Shown here piece after piece: positions 50,901 to 62,100 of a stretch of 64,000 nt of DNA. The stretch spans positions 795,417-859,416 of the forward strand of contig NW_004797285.1 in NCBI RefSeq assembly GCF_000002075.1, written 5' to 3'. A model generated the notes under the pieces. That model had not been told where the DNA came from and searched no databases. It worked only from the letters and a program-made list of their open reading frames with translations. Origin of the DNA: Aplysia californica (taxonomy: Eukaryota). Numbering within the stretch: the first letter of the stretch is position 1; each line of letters starts with the position of its first letter. The position numbers and the translations under genes were made by a program.

Positions 50901-52142
50901 TCGGTGCGAATAACTACAGCCATTTCTAAGATCGCACCTGTGTCAGCTGCATTTCCTTTTAAACACTCATGTTTGCTAGATTCATATTACAAAGGCAATG
51001 ACATACATAAATAGTGACAATAACAATGCCAACGCCTTACCACCAGCAAATAATAGGCTGATCTGTGACTGGTTTCCTGTACTGGTGTGTGTTTGTGATA
51101 AGTTTCAACGTATTCGATTTATTTAAAGGAGTTATTCACTCTGGAAGCTTAAAGTTCTTTTCTGTGCCTTTATCTATGATTTACTCAATTAGCTGTATCA
51201 CTGCTTGACAAACTAAAGTCCCAAACTATAGCTTAAAAAAGAACGTACAGCCATCACTGTTCATTTGTTGACATCAGTACAATGTGGCAGCCATTTTGAT
51301 CCAATCTATGTTAATTAGGGGGAGGAAACTTTGATCATATGCAGAGTTCTCAAATATGTCTTCGAATGTATGGTAATTGATTTCATATGCTGGTAGAGTT
51401 ATCAAAAGAAATCAAAATAAAATTACAAATATTGTATCCAGTTTTCAAAATAGAATTATGGCAACTAAAGTCGAAACTTTAGGCTGAGGAACAATTCAGT
51501 ACTGTAGTAGTCCCAGGCCTACTGTAAAGATTAAAAACTCAACCACCAACCATCATAGGCTAATACTAATATTTTCTCTGGTCGGACACTCTTGCTTTTG
51601 GACCAATTAGGCTCAATTCTTTTTTCAAAATAAACGTGCTGAACATTTTGTGCAATTTTTCTAGCCAATAATCATTCAATATTTTCAGACAGCTTTTTGA
51701 AGTTAAAAAAAATTCAGAATGATAACATTGAAACTAGGCTAATGTTTACCGTAACATTCCGCGGGGAAAAATATGAAAACATTCAAAACATAGCCTTCGT
51801 CCTGAGTGACTGGGTGAACGAACGAAACACGAAATTTAAACTGCACTCACTCAGCACTATTCTCGGTATTCTGAGCCCTGCTGATCTCTCTGAGTCTCTC
51901 TCCTTTTGCCTTGTTTGCAGTTTACAGAGGCATTAGGCCTAGATCTTGATCTCTAGGTCTATCTGGCTAATGGTTGAACGAAAGTAAGTGCGCTAAATTC
52001 CGTGTAGTGTAATGCCAAACTCTGTTTTGTTTTCCACTTCTACTCTTTTGGCCAAATCGTCATGTGGACTTCTCCTTCTCAACTCTCTAAGATGATTTCT
52101 CTTCCTAAAGGCAACACAATTTTCATCTTTAATTAAATTTAA

Positions 52143-52320
52143 TCTAGATCTAGATCTAGATCTAGATCTAGATATCTAGATTAGATCTAGAGTCTAGATT
52201 CTAGCAAAAGCTTTGTCAAATTCGTCTTAAACATTTGAATGCCTGCTCTAGATGTATGTCAGATTCTAATCATTAACTCTAGAATCTAGAGATCTAATCT
52301 AGATCTAGATTCTAGATCTC
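52143..52320. repeat. (TCTAGA)n self-complementary repeat cluster
   Basis: TCTAGATCTAGATCTAGA... and degenerate copies. Confidence 0.9.
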
Positions 52321-53125
52321 TACGTAAAAAGAGCTCCTACTCCGTGTTCACTCTCATCAATAAACACGCCGTGTTCACTCTGTCGCAATTTTAACACTTG
52401 AATCTAGTCACCTTTTATGTAAATGTAGTGAATACGTTAATATTAATGGCGCTGTGAACGTAGGCCTAGTTTGCAAGTTACGTTGTCGTTACAGTTACAT
52501 GTATGTTCACGGCCCCCGAATTATCCAACATTCAACATTGGTACAAGACGTACAGAGGCACGACTGAAAATTATGGACCATGGTCGCTCAAAGTGAATGA
52601 GGAATAGCATAGGCATAGGAATACTCACGAATAAATATGCAGGGGTGGTCCGAATGCAACGGAGGGTGAAGGAGGGCACAGCGAAACAGCCGCAGTCAAC
52701 AAGGCCTTCTTTCTTGCCAAGCGTGTAATTAATGCGACTTTCATCGTTTTCCCATGTGTGCGAACCCGGCAACGCTCGAAAATGTGAAAAAGATCATTCG
52801 AAAGAAACAAGGGAGAATGGAAAAAGGCCAATGTGGGGAGGGGGGTGAATATATTTTTAGCGGGTAAAGTTTATGGCCACCTCTATTCTCACCCGGGATG
52901 AGAATAGTGCTGGCGAGTCTTTTGGCTATTCTCACCCGGTGCGCGTTCACCGTTATAGCCTAGATCTAGGCCAACAAATTTTGCGTTCACCCTAAACCAC
53001 AGAATTCTACACTGTGATAACAGAAAAATTGTAGAATTCTGTGCCGTGAACAAACGTTCCATTACAACTGTAGCCTACTAAAAGCGTACAATTTTGTCTG
53101 TTTGCAGTGGAGAGAGGAGTGGCGC

Positions 53126-53540
53126 GAGAACTTCCGGTCAAAACAAAATGGCGACCCACGTAGTTCGGCTCGATTCGAAAAGTAAAATATAGCGTAGCAT
53201 CTTTGTAGACAACCAAATTAATTTACTTTTTTGTGTTTTAACATCATTTTTTAACTTTGTTTTGGTCAATTTGATCGTCCACATCGATAGACAGTATTCA
53301 GAAAGAGACAGAGAGAGAGGGGAGGAGTAGATCTTGCGAGAACTTCCGGGCAAAACAAAATGGCGACCCGCGTAGTTCGGGTCGATTCGAACAGTGAAAT
53401 AGCCATAGCATCTTTGAAGATCATCATGATCAAATTAGCTTACTTTTGTGCTATATAACGTAATTTTTTCTTGGCTTTTATAAATTTGATCATCCACACC
53501 GATAGACAGTATTCCAAAATGAGGAAAAGCAGGTCTTGTT
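53126..53540 (+). promoter_or_regulatory. Tandem ~210-bp duplication, each copy with an ETS (ACTTCCGG) + YY1 (AAAATGGCG) composite
   Basis: GAGAACTTCCGG(T/G)CAAAACAAAATGGCGACCC(A/G)CGTAGTTCGG at 53126 and 53338; CpG-rich. Confidence 0.5.
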
Positions 53541-53722
53541 TCGCACCGGGTGAGAATAGCCTACGCTGGCAAGTCTCACCCGGGGTGAGGGGTAGATCGT
53601 TTTTCTATTTTCACCCCGGATGAGAATAGCCACTTCCAAAGTTTATGGTGTGAAGTGAGCAAGATCATTCTCTAGACTACAACAAATCTTAAATTCAGGA
53701 TGCCATGAACTGGGGCTGGAAC

Positions 53723-54809
53723 TATCTAAGGTATTAAAAAAATACCCAAGGGATACCCGACATTTCTATTGTCTTGTTGTGGAGAGGGGCGGGGGGTGTT
53801 TTTTCTTCTTATTTTTTTGTTGGTTTGTCTGTTTTATTTTCAAAATCATCAAAATTGGACACCACAAAGTAAGCATACACGCAATAATGGGGAAATTTCA
53901 AGACAATGATTGGCAATGGGTCTCGAACTCTTAATGAAGTCATGTCAATGACTTTGAGAAAATCAAAACATATTACACCTGCTGGACCGGGAAAGAGGGG
54001 GCCGATCATTTGAAATTTTTGTTTAATAAGCAAAAGTTTGTCCTCATGTTTTTCGCCAAGGCAAGTCCTCTCTGACGAAATCAATTCACCAGCCTTGGAG
54101 AACAGCCGTTCTGATTGCATGTTGCTGGAATAGCCGAAAGCTTTTTGGCTTCCTGGCTGAGTTCCGGAAAAGCTTTTCATATTGACATCATCGGGTCAGT
54201 GGATTGTCCTCTCCCTTTCTGGCCAGGAGCGATCTCAAAGTAGTACCGATTCAGTTGGACCTATGGCACTTGTTACAAGTGGCAGAGAGAAGTTTACCTA
54301 TAGATTCTGATATGCTCCTCTGCTTGCACGTTGAAGGCTTGCCACAATTATTTATTTTTTTTGCCGGAGGTTCTGTTTCAGCAGCTGAAACCGATGGTGA
54401 GCCTGGTGTTTGATCATGTCTGTGTCCTTGTTTGTCTCTAATCACTGAAAGAAGGCGAGTTTTTATTTTTTCGTTGCGCCTTCACTTAAAGGAAGTCGTT
54501 TGAAACAGGGGTCGAGGATAGTTGATGCTGCCACAAAATACTTGTCCTCTGGTTGTGTGAAGCGCTTGCGAAGCTCACTCTGTAAAAGAACCGCCAGTGG
54601 CCAATTCGATCAAGTTACTGAATCGACTAAGAGAGCTCAGTATTGATCGATAAGTACTCAGTACTTAATATAAGGTTCGAACGAAGGGACGTAATTTAAG
54701 TACATTTGCATAGGATTTAAGGAAGGGGAGTAGAAAACCTGGGGGTACCCGACACCAATACCCGGATAGCCGGTTTTGAGCTCTTTACCCGGGTACTTGC
54801 CTCACCTTA
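53723..54809 (-). mobile_element. Degenerate hAT transposon remnant (ZBED1/4-type transposase C-terminus)
   Basis: Minus-strand peptides ELRKRFTQPEDKYFVAASTILDPCFKRLP (~54580-54490) and SERLFSKAGELISSERTCLGEKHEDKLLLI (hATC dimerisation motif, ~54115-54025), frame-broken. Terminus TAAGGTGAGGCAAGTACCCGGGTA at 54809. Left boundary uncertain. Confidence 0.75.
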
Positions 54810-55529
54810 CCTGGAATGTCATAATGTAACCTGCAAACTACGTTCATGACGCCATTCTCCGCAAATCGTGGTGGGGGGGGGGATATACATGCCCTGGCCC
54901 TGTAATCCTTACCGAGGAGGAAATCTGGTTAGGGGAAGGAGGGACAGGCGCTTCTGTCTATTTTTCCCCTTATTTCATGTGGAAAATTGTGTGCAATGAG
55001 ATTTCTTGAAATGAAGACAGTCAGGTTTTGTGGCCACATCTGCATGTTCTGCGGTAAAAAAATGCAGCAGCTTAGTGCCCAAAAGTAGTGCACCTGTGTG
55101 CTGTGGGGTGGAAATTATAAGTTACGCTAACCAAATTATGGGGGAAAATGTGGGTGTATGCCCCTCCCCAATTTTTTTATATATATACCTCAAGGAGGCA
55201 TGCCCCACTGAAACCCCCTTAATTTGTCCAAAGTCCAAAGCAGGGAAATAAAGAAAATCACCATGCAGTTAGGCTTAGCACAATACTTTCGAATATTAAA
55301 AACCATATCGGTCCCAATGTTCTACTACTATTAAGTTTGAAATTTTGGAAGGACTTCCTTCCGTAACGAGCGACCACCCCAATAAACAAATAAAGAAGAG
55401 ACCTAACTATCCTTAACCCTGAACCAGCCCCTACAATTATCCCTAACCCTAACCCTCTATTCTACTCTGTTTCTCATAGTGGTCGCTTGTTACAGATTTC
55501 CTTCTGAAATTTTCTTGAAAGTAATTGTG

Positions 55530-55909
55530 AATAAAATCATCTGAAAGCTGATTTGTTTGCCTTGCTTTCAATGAAATAGATATCCATCTTGAATAGAACT
55601 CGAGATGTTTGCGATTGAAGGAAGTTAGGTCGCCTAGTTTCAGTGGTGAAAATAGCAAGAAAATGGCCGCCAAAGTTTGGTAACTCCAATAGCTAAAGAG
55701 TCATTGAAAACAGAAAAGTGACATATTTTTTTTCCTTAAATTGATGTTTTTCCATAAAATTCACGTGGAAATGTGTTTTTATGGATGTAAAAAAGAGGTT
55801 TCGGCAAAAAGAAAAATTTGATAAAAATTTCCAAACTGGCAGAAAAATGCGTTATCTCTGAATATATCAGTATTTTGACAAGCGCCTGATTTCACAGTGC
55901 TACTTCACA
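55530..55909 (-). mobile_element. MITE family M1 copy (partial)
   Basis: AAAATGGCCGCCAAAGTTTGG core and AGCGCCTGATTTCAC TIR. Confidence 0.65.
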
Positions 55910-56158
55910 AATGATTTACTCAACAGTTTTAGTGTGTGTTATCTGCAGCAAAAATTACTGTGTTCTTGATCCCCAAAGCAGTGCATCTCTGTGTGCTGCA
56001 GAGAAAGTAAAATTATACCCTTTTTATTGTTGCTGTAAGTTAGTTAACTTCAAGTGCTTTGTAAACCAGTCCTATTCCTAATTTGAAGGCCGATAAATTA
56101 AGTCAATGATGATATTGGGATCCTTTTATTGTTCAATTTTATATGTTATTTTTCACAG

Positions 56159-59100
56159 ATGAAGAGAGTAACTCGACGAGGAAGGACTCGAGGTCATGCA
56201 GATGCACCTGCAGAAGATGAAATTGGGAGAGACCAAGAGAATGAAAATGAAATGAACTTGAAGGAACAACGTTTATTAGAAGGTTAGTTGCCTTTTATGT
56301 GTCAATTACTTGCATAAAGAATTTATTGTATGCAAAATGAGGTTAACAATGTCTGCAATGTAGGAGTGATTATAGCTTTTAAAACTCTTTTAAATTGCTA
56401 GCCGAAAATGTAAGGTTGATTTCGAATGGGGAACTTTTTAATCTCAGTATTGCATTAATTGTTGACCCCTCCGTCTGTCTCTGTGATATTGTGTCCACTT
56501 CTGCCTGTGTTTGCTTTGACCTGGTAGACAATGCCAAAGCAGCCCTCCTCCTTGATGATCTGAACTGTGTTCATGTCAAGGTGATGTAAAACAGTTGCAA
56601 TAATTTTTATAAATAAAAAGGGGAAAAAAACAGTGAGGGAAAGCTTTAGTTGATTTCTAAGACTACTTTTTTGGTTTGTATGTCTTAAAAGTTTGTTTGC
56701 CTCCAGCTGGCTCTAAAAAAATGGTCTTAGATATTTAAGTCATTAAATATATTCTATGATAAAAGCATGGCTGTTCCCGAGCGGAGCGCTTAGTTACCTG
56801 AGGAATTGACCCGGTCAGTCATGCCGCGCCCGGGTGGTCACGGAGGTCACTTTGACCTTTGGTCTGCGAGTGAACTGTTGTGACGTAACAATTTTTATAG
56901 TTTAATTGCTTCATTGTGACTTTTCCTATAAAAACAAATCAACGTGAAATTACTATCAACAGATAGATGCATTCTTGGACTGTACAGCAAATAACTTTTT
57001 ATTGGTATTATTAGCAGGGTACCCTTTAAAACATGGCCGCAATTGAGGGCATCTATGGGGGAAATTGTTTCATAGGTCTACTTTTTGAATTTATGATATT
57101 TTAAAATGTGTACTACAGATCTCTAAAATAATCAGGGGTATACAACAGTGACATGATGAACTTTCAGAAACACTTACTTTTGGTTTGATTCATTCAGAAA
57201 TGGGGAAATTGTAGAAGATTTACCACTGTCAAATAATTAAATGAGAGATTTTTCGTTGTTTCCTCACAGTTTTCACAAATATGGAACTTGTAGAAGGTTC
57301 ACTGCTATCAAGTTCCATGAAACAAGAGTTTCCTTGTTGTCTCCTCACGGCTAGAGCTGCTTTCACATTCACAAACACATAACATGTGAATACATGTACT
57401 TATAACAATAATTGCAAAAGAGTCACAGACTAGTTGTCTTCTTCTTTTTTCCTTTCAAAGGTGCTGCCTAGGCGCGGACGCATTTTGCGGTCTGTGGGCT
57501 TCAGTAACAGTTTTCAACTGTTTCCCTTTCTTTAATTCCCACTGTCCTCTTCTCCAGTTTTGCGATGCTGGAGTACACAAGTTTGCCACCCTGCTCGCCC
57601 ATTAAACCCAGGCCAAATCCATATCCCTAAATAAAAGGCAGACAGTGGTGCTCTAATATGAGTTGTTTGACTGCGTTTGGAAATAATCGTCAGTACAGCT
57701 TCAAATATGCACAAATTGCTGTTCCTATAATGTCAGTTTCTTGTATTTTAGGTGTGTGAGAAATGAGGTGGTGTACTTCAGCATAGCTGTTGTTTAATAA
57801 ATCAGATTTATGTCTGATTGCGTGGGCTGCGTCTATGATGTTTTGGTTAGATGTAAGAGCCGCAGTGTGTGTGTAAATGTGTTTTGTGATGTTTGTGTAC
57901 ACTGGGCGCTTCAAGTATTGGTGACAATGGTTTCCCATCAGAGATCGACTATGGTAAGGTCTCCAGCTGTGTTAACTTTCTTAAATACTTTTTTGCGCTG
58001 CAGATAGAGTTGCTTCTCGAATTTGTTTCCTTGAGTGTATATGTTCTGTACACATTAATTTGTTGAACATTTCACAGGGATGTGTGTCTGCACTATCTTT
58101 GTCCACGTTTGCGCGATAGAATACGAGTAAGTCATTTTTTTAAACTTAAATATCTGCTCTGGTTTGCCTCCTTAACTTTTTTACTTCTGGCCCTCGCATG
58201 TTCTACACGGGGTTATTTTTTAACCCGCAAGGTGTAGTTTCCGGAGTGTTTCATTTTCCCTCTTGTAGCAGACTCTCCTAACACTTGTCGATAAAGAGTC
58301 GGGGAAAGTGAAAGCGGGACCTCCGGTGAATACCACGCGGGGCAGCACGGCGGCCGCGAAAATATTACAGGCTGAAGTAACAAAACTTGCCGTCCTGTTA
58401 AAGTTTTCCAGTGAATCTAAACAATTTTTTCAAAAATAACCTCCTTACTGACTCTTGATACGGCAGATAAAAAAAGGATAACAATCTGCGTTTCACAAAT
58501 GGAAAAAAATCCTGATCTTTGTAGCAATCCAAAAAATACGTGCACCACTAGGTAGGGTTAAGTACAGAGGCAGTGTGTGAACACGATTAGAACTAGAACC
58601 AAACTAAAGGATGTAGGTTATTTGGGATAGTCTGGGCTTTCATTTGATACCTCACACACCCATAGTGATAGATAAGAGAGGACATTTACAGGGGTCTAAA
58701 TCAAGTGAAAATTACAGACTTCTACCCAAAATCGGCTAACAGCGCTATTGCCTAGGAAGTGATGCGTAGCCCGATTGTCAGGTGGGATTTATGACCCCTG
58801 GAGGTCAGCGGATGGGTTAAACTAAGTGCTCCGGAAGGATAGTAGAACTGAACAGCTGTGTAAGGTTATGCTGATGTCTTTCTGATTTGTAAAAGATTTC
58901 GAATTTTTAAAGAAATTAAATTTGCTATGCCCATTTTTTTTTTTTTGGTGCTCAGACAGGATTATTAGGGATGAGAAATTGATAACTTTTCTCTTCTAAT
59001 GATCACAATTCCAAAATAGTTATGTCTGGCTCGTATCTTGGGGAAGTTTTTAAGAGGGAAAGTGAGGCTTTCTTTTCAGTTGTCAGGAGCAGGGCTGGTG

Positions 59101-62100
59101 ATTTGTCCTGCAGGCCTCCTGATTCAGCAGGTGCACAACTTTGCCTACAATTACAACATTGGTATGCTTTTATAATGTTGTATAAATATATTGTGCAGAA
59201 AGTGGAGACGAAAGCCAAAAATGACATGACATTGTTAGAGAGCAGGAAAGGAGGGGAACGAGAAAATTTTAGAAAATAAAATTGTCCATCTTTGTCAGGT
59301 TTCCAACCTGGGGCCTATTGAATGAGAGTCGAACATGAAAGCTCCATTTTCACCTCTCTTTACTTGTCATTACGGATATATATATATATGAGCTTTTGTT
59401 AAAATGCATTTTGTTGTTGACTGGTTTGTTAAATTAAATGTGTTCAGACCTGTTTCAATGGGTTTTTGGTGGGTGCTGTGGTGTGGTTTGCTCCATCTTT
59501 CCTATCAAACATCTGTCGTCCTTATCTCCCCTCATTCTTTTTTGTGTATGTTACTGTCTTGTAACACGTAATCTATTCTTTGGCACTTTTATGACCTTAT
59601 TGTGTTGCAAGTGCTGTAACACTTTTAATAAAACTAAAAAATCCTGTTTCAGTGTTTGTCTTGTAAGTCTACACTGCTGTTTGCCTCATGTTAAGTTTAC
59701 ACATGTGTGAATTGTATGCATCGGTATAGTCTTATGGATTTCTTTTGCAATGTTTCTAATACAGCAGCCGGCATAGATCACAAGACAGCGTTGGGAATGT
59801 CAGAAGAAGAACGAAAGGGGATTATGGTGAGTGCACGCTTAGCAAATTTTCATTTATTGTTTAAGGAAGCAAGTGACCAACCTGCCCATCTTCAAAAATT
59901 AGTGCTGGATGTTCCCAGCGAAACTGAGTTCTGGTACTTTATCAGTACTAGGTGTCGAGTTCCGCCAGTACTTGGACTGAGAACAGATGTCAGACGCTCT
60001 TAACGTCTAGTGTTTCCACTTCTGCATTCTGCGCCCCCCCCCCCAACCTATCGCATTTATGTGTTGACAATTTTTTTTTTAAATTTCGGGGAATGTTGGT
60101 TCTTTACTCACATGTGATATTTCAACTATAACGGAAGCAGTATCGATTTGGCATTCCGGCTTGGGACATTCTCAAGGTCTACTTTCACTTTTGTTTCCAC
60201 TTAGGGCTTTGTGCTGTGCATCTGGACGTCAAAGCTTCAACACACTGCACAGTAAATGGGGTTTTAGTTCCAAGGGCACATCACCCGTTGTGTTAAGCAC
60301 TTGGTGTGAGCACCTTCCCAGAGCCAGTACCACTTGCTTCCCTGTACCAGTATTGGTGGCCTGGTGCCGGTACTGACTACTGCCTATGGTAGTCCCGGGA
60401 ATTCCGGTACTGGGTACCAGTACCTGCCCCACCTTACCAAATGTACTTCTCCAATAGTAGCGACCTAAATTTTGTCACATTTATATACAGGCTTGATTCA
60501 CATTGCTACGGAAAAGCCACCTCACCTGTCGTAACAATCCTCTCCTGCATCATGTAATAATGATTGGTCACAGTCCATGTAATGATCAAGTTTTCAGTGA
60601 TGTGTTTACAGTGAGTGTGTGTTCATGCTTTAATTTTTCCTTTGACTTCAGACTGTGGTCATGAAGTAAGAATTGTTTTGATGTGTATAATTGAATCTAC
60701 TGAGATCGTTGTAGCTTACTTTTTCTAGGTTATTATTCTGTTGACTTTGCTTTTGCTTTTGACTTTCCTGTGCAGAAAGCAATCCTTGAAAGTACAGGTC
60801 ACGTAGAAGAAGATTTGGAATCAATGCCTGAACAGAGCAAGGTATGCCTAATATTAAAAGTTTTGTTTTTTCATACTTCTCTTGTTTCATGTAGTTTTTC
60901 TCCTTGGTTTATTTTAATTTTCAAGTTAAGGTTAAAGGTTAGATTCCTTTCTTCTGTTTTGCACGCCTTATTTACCTCTGTGAACTTGTGTTACTGAAGA
61001 AAGCTGAAGCTCTTTACCTTTGGGTTGGGGGGGGGGGGGACTGGGAAAAGCCACGTCTCTTTTTACTTGTAATTTGTAAGTGCACATTCATCAGCAGTGG
61101 GATTATGAACAACTATGATTAAGGAAAAGAAATTACCCAGACGCATCGCGCACAATTGAGGTATTAGGACTTTTAGTCAGGATTAGAGTGAGAAATATGA
61201 AAGGGATATTAAATGTGTAATTTTTTTATATTAAATTGACCTGTAAGAAATTAGCTTTGTTAATAAAGTCATGTATCAGTGTATGTGAGTGGGAGCATGT
61301 GGCGTCTTGTGTTATATTTTTGTACTCAGGTGTAAAAACAAACTATTGTATTGTTGTATAGCAGCTGAAAAGATTGCATGTTCAGAGATCCTTTTTGAAT
61401 TTTAATACACACATGTATGCATCCTGCCCAAATACAGCCTTGTTGATATTTTAGATCAGTAAATTGATTGGGAGTGTATATCTTGGTATTCCGTAAGGCC
61501 TTTACACCTGCAGCTAACGACTTTTTGATGAGCCCACGGATAAGGATTTTGGACATTGAAGATCCACGGTTCAAAGAGTTAATAATAGCCGTAAAATATT
61601 AATGTTTCATATTTGTATCATAAAATATGTATGTTTTTGCATATCTGTACATGATGAACATGATTTGTTTATTTGTGTCTTTAAAAAAGGGAAAGGACAT
61701 GACAGATGAGCCAGAAAGATCAGGGATTGCTTCTGAATTACCGAAAGATGCATCAACTAGTATTGGTCAAACAGAACAACGGTCTGAAGAAGCAGAGAAA
61801 GAAGACTCTGGGATGGCTCGTAAGGACAAAAAGAAAGCAGCTGTTCAGATAATTGAAGAAATTAAGCAGCTGGATGACCAGGTGCAAGAGAGTAAAAGCG
61901 AAAGAAAAAGAGTTAAGGTTAACAGAAGCAAAGAGGCGATGGAGTGGCGCAGAAGTTCGAAGGTAAAAAAACAGTGGAATTGGTCTCCAAGTGAAGAATT
62001 CAAACAAGATGATGAAAGGGAAGCCATGAAGCACAAGGAGAAAAATAAGGAAGAAGAACAGGAAAAGAGTGATGAGAAGGATGCTTTTGATGGTACAGTA

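Larger units (their letters stand above)
47549..50921 (+). mobile_element. Mutator-like (MULE) element A, defective
   Basis: Termini GGAGGTGGTTATTCGCACCG and, as reverse complement, GGCTGTAGTTATTCGCACCG. Inverted 34-bp palindrome arrays lie inside both ends. Flanks AATTTCTAA(A) / ATTTTCTAA resemble a 9-bp TSD. Contains an internal FAR1/ZSWIM3-N-like fragment. Confidence 0.7.
47336..53637. mobile_element. Putative outer MULE-like element C, with a ~145-bp inverted repeat at ~47346-47490 / ~52874-53025
   Basis: The right end reverse complement GGAAGTGGCTATTCTCA resembles the A/B termini; left end AGAGGTGGCCATTCT. CTATTCTCACCCGGGTGAGAATAG-type palindromes occur at both sides. No TSD found. Confidence 0.5.

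Noticed and set aside
55400-55456. Telomere-like CCCTAA repeats
   Set aside because: Only two to three degenerate units; too short to call.
58790-58820. piggyBac-like end (GGATGGG-TTAA)
   Set aside because: No convincing matching left terminus or transposase was found.
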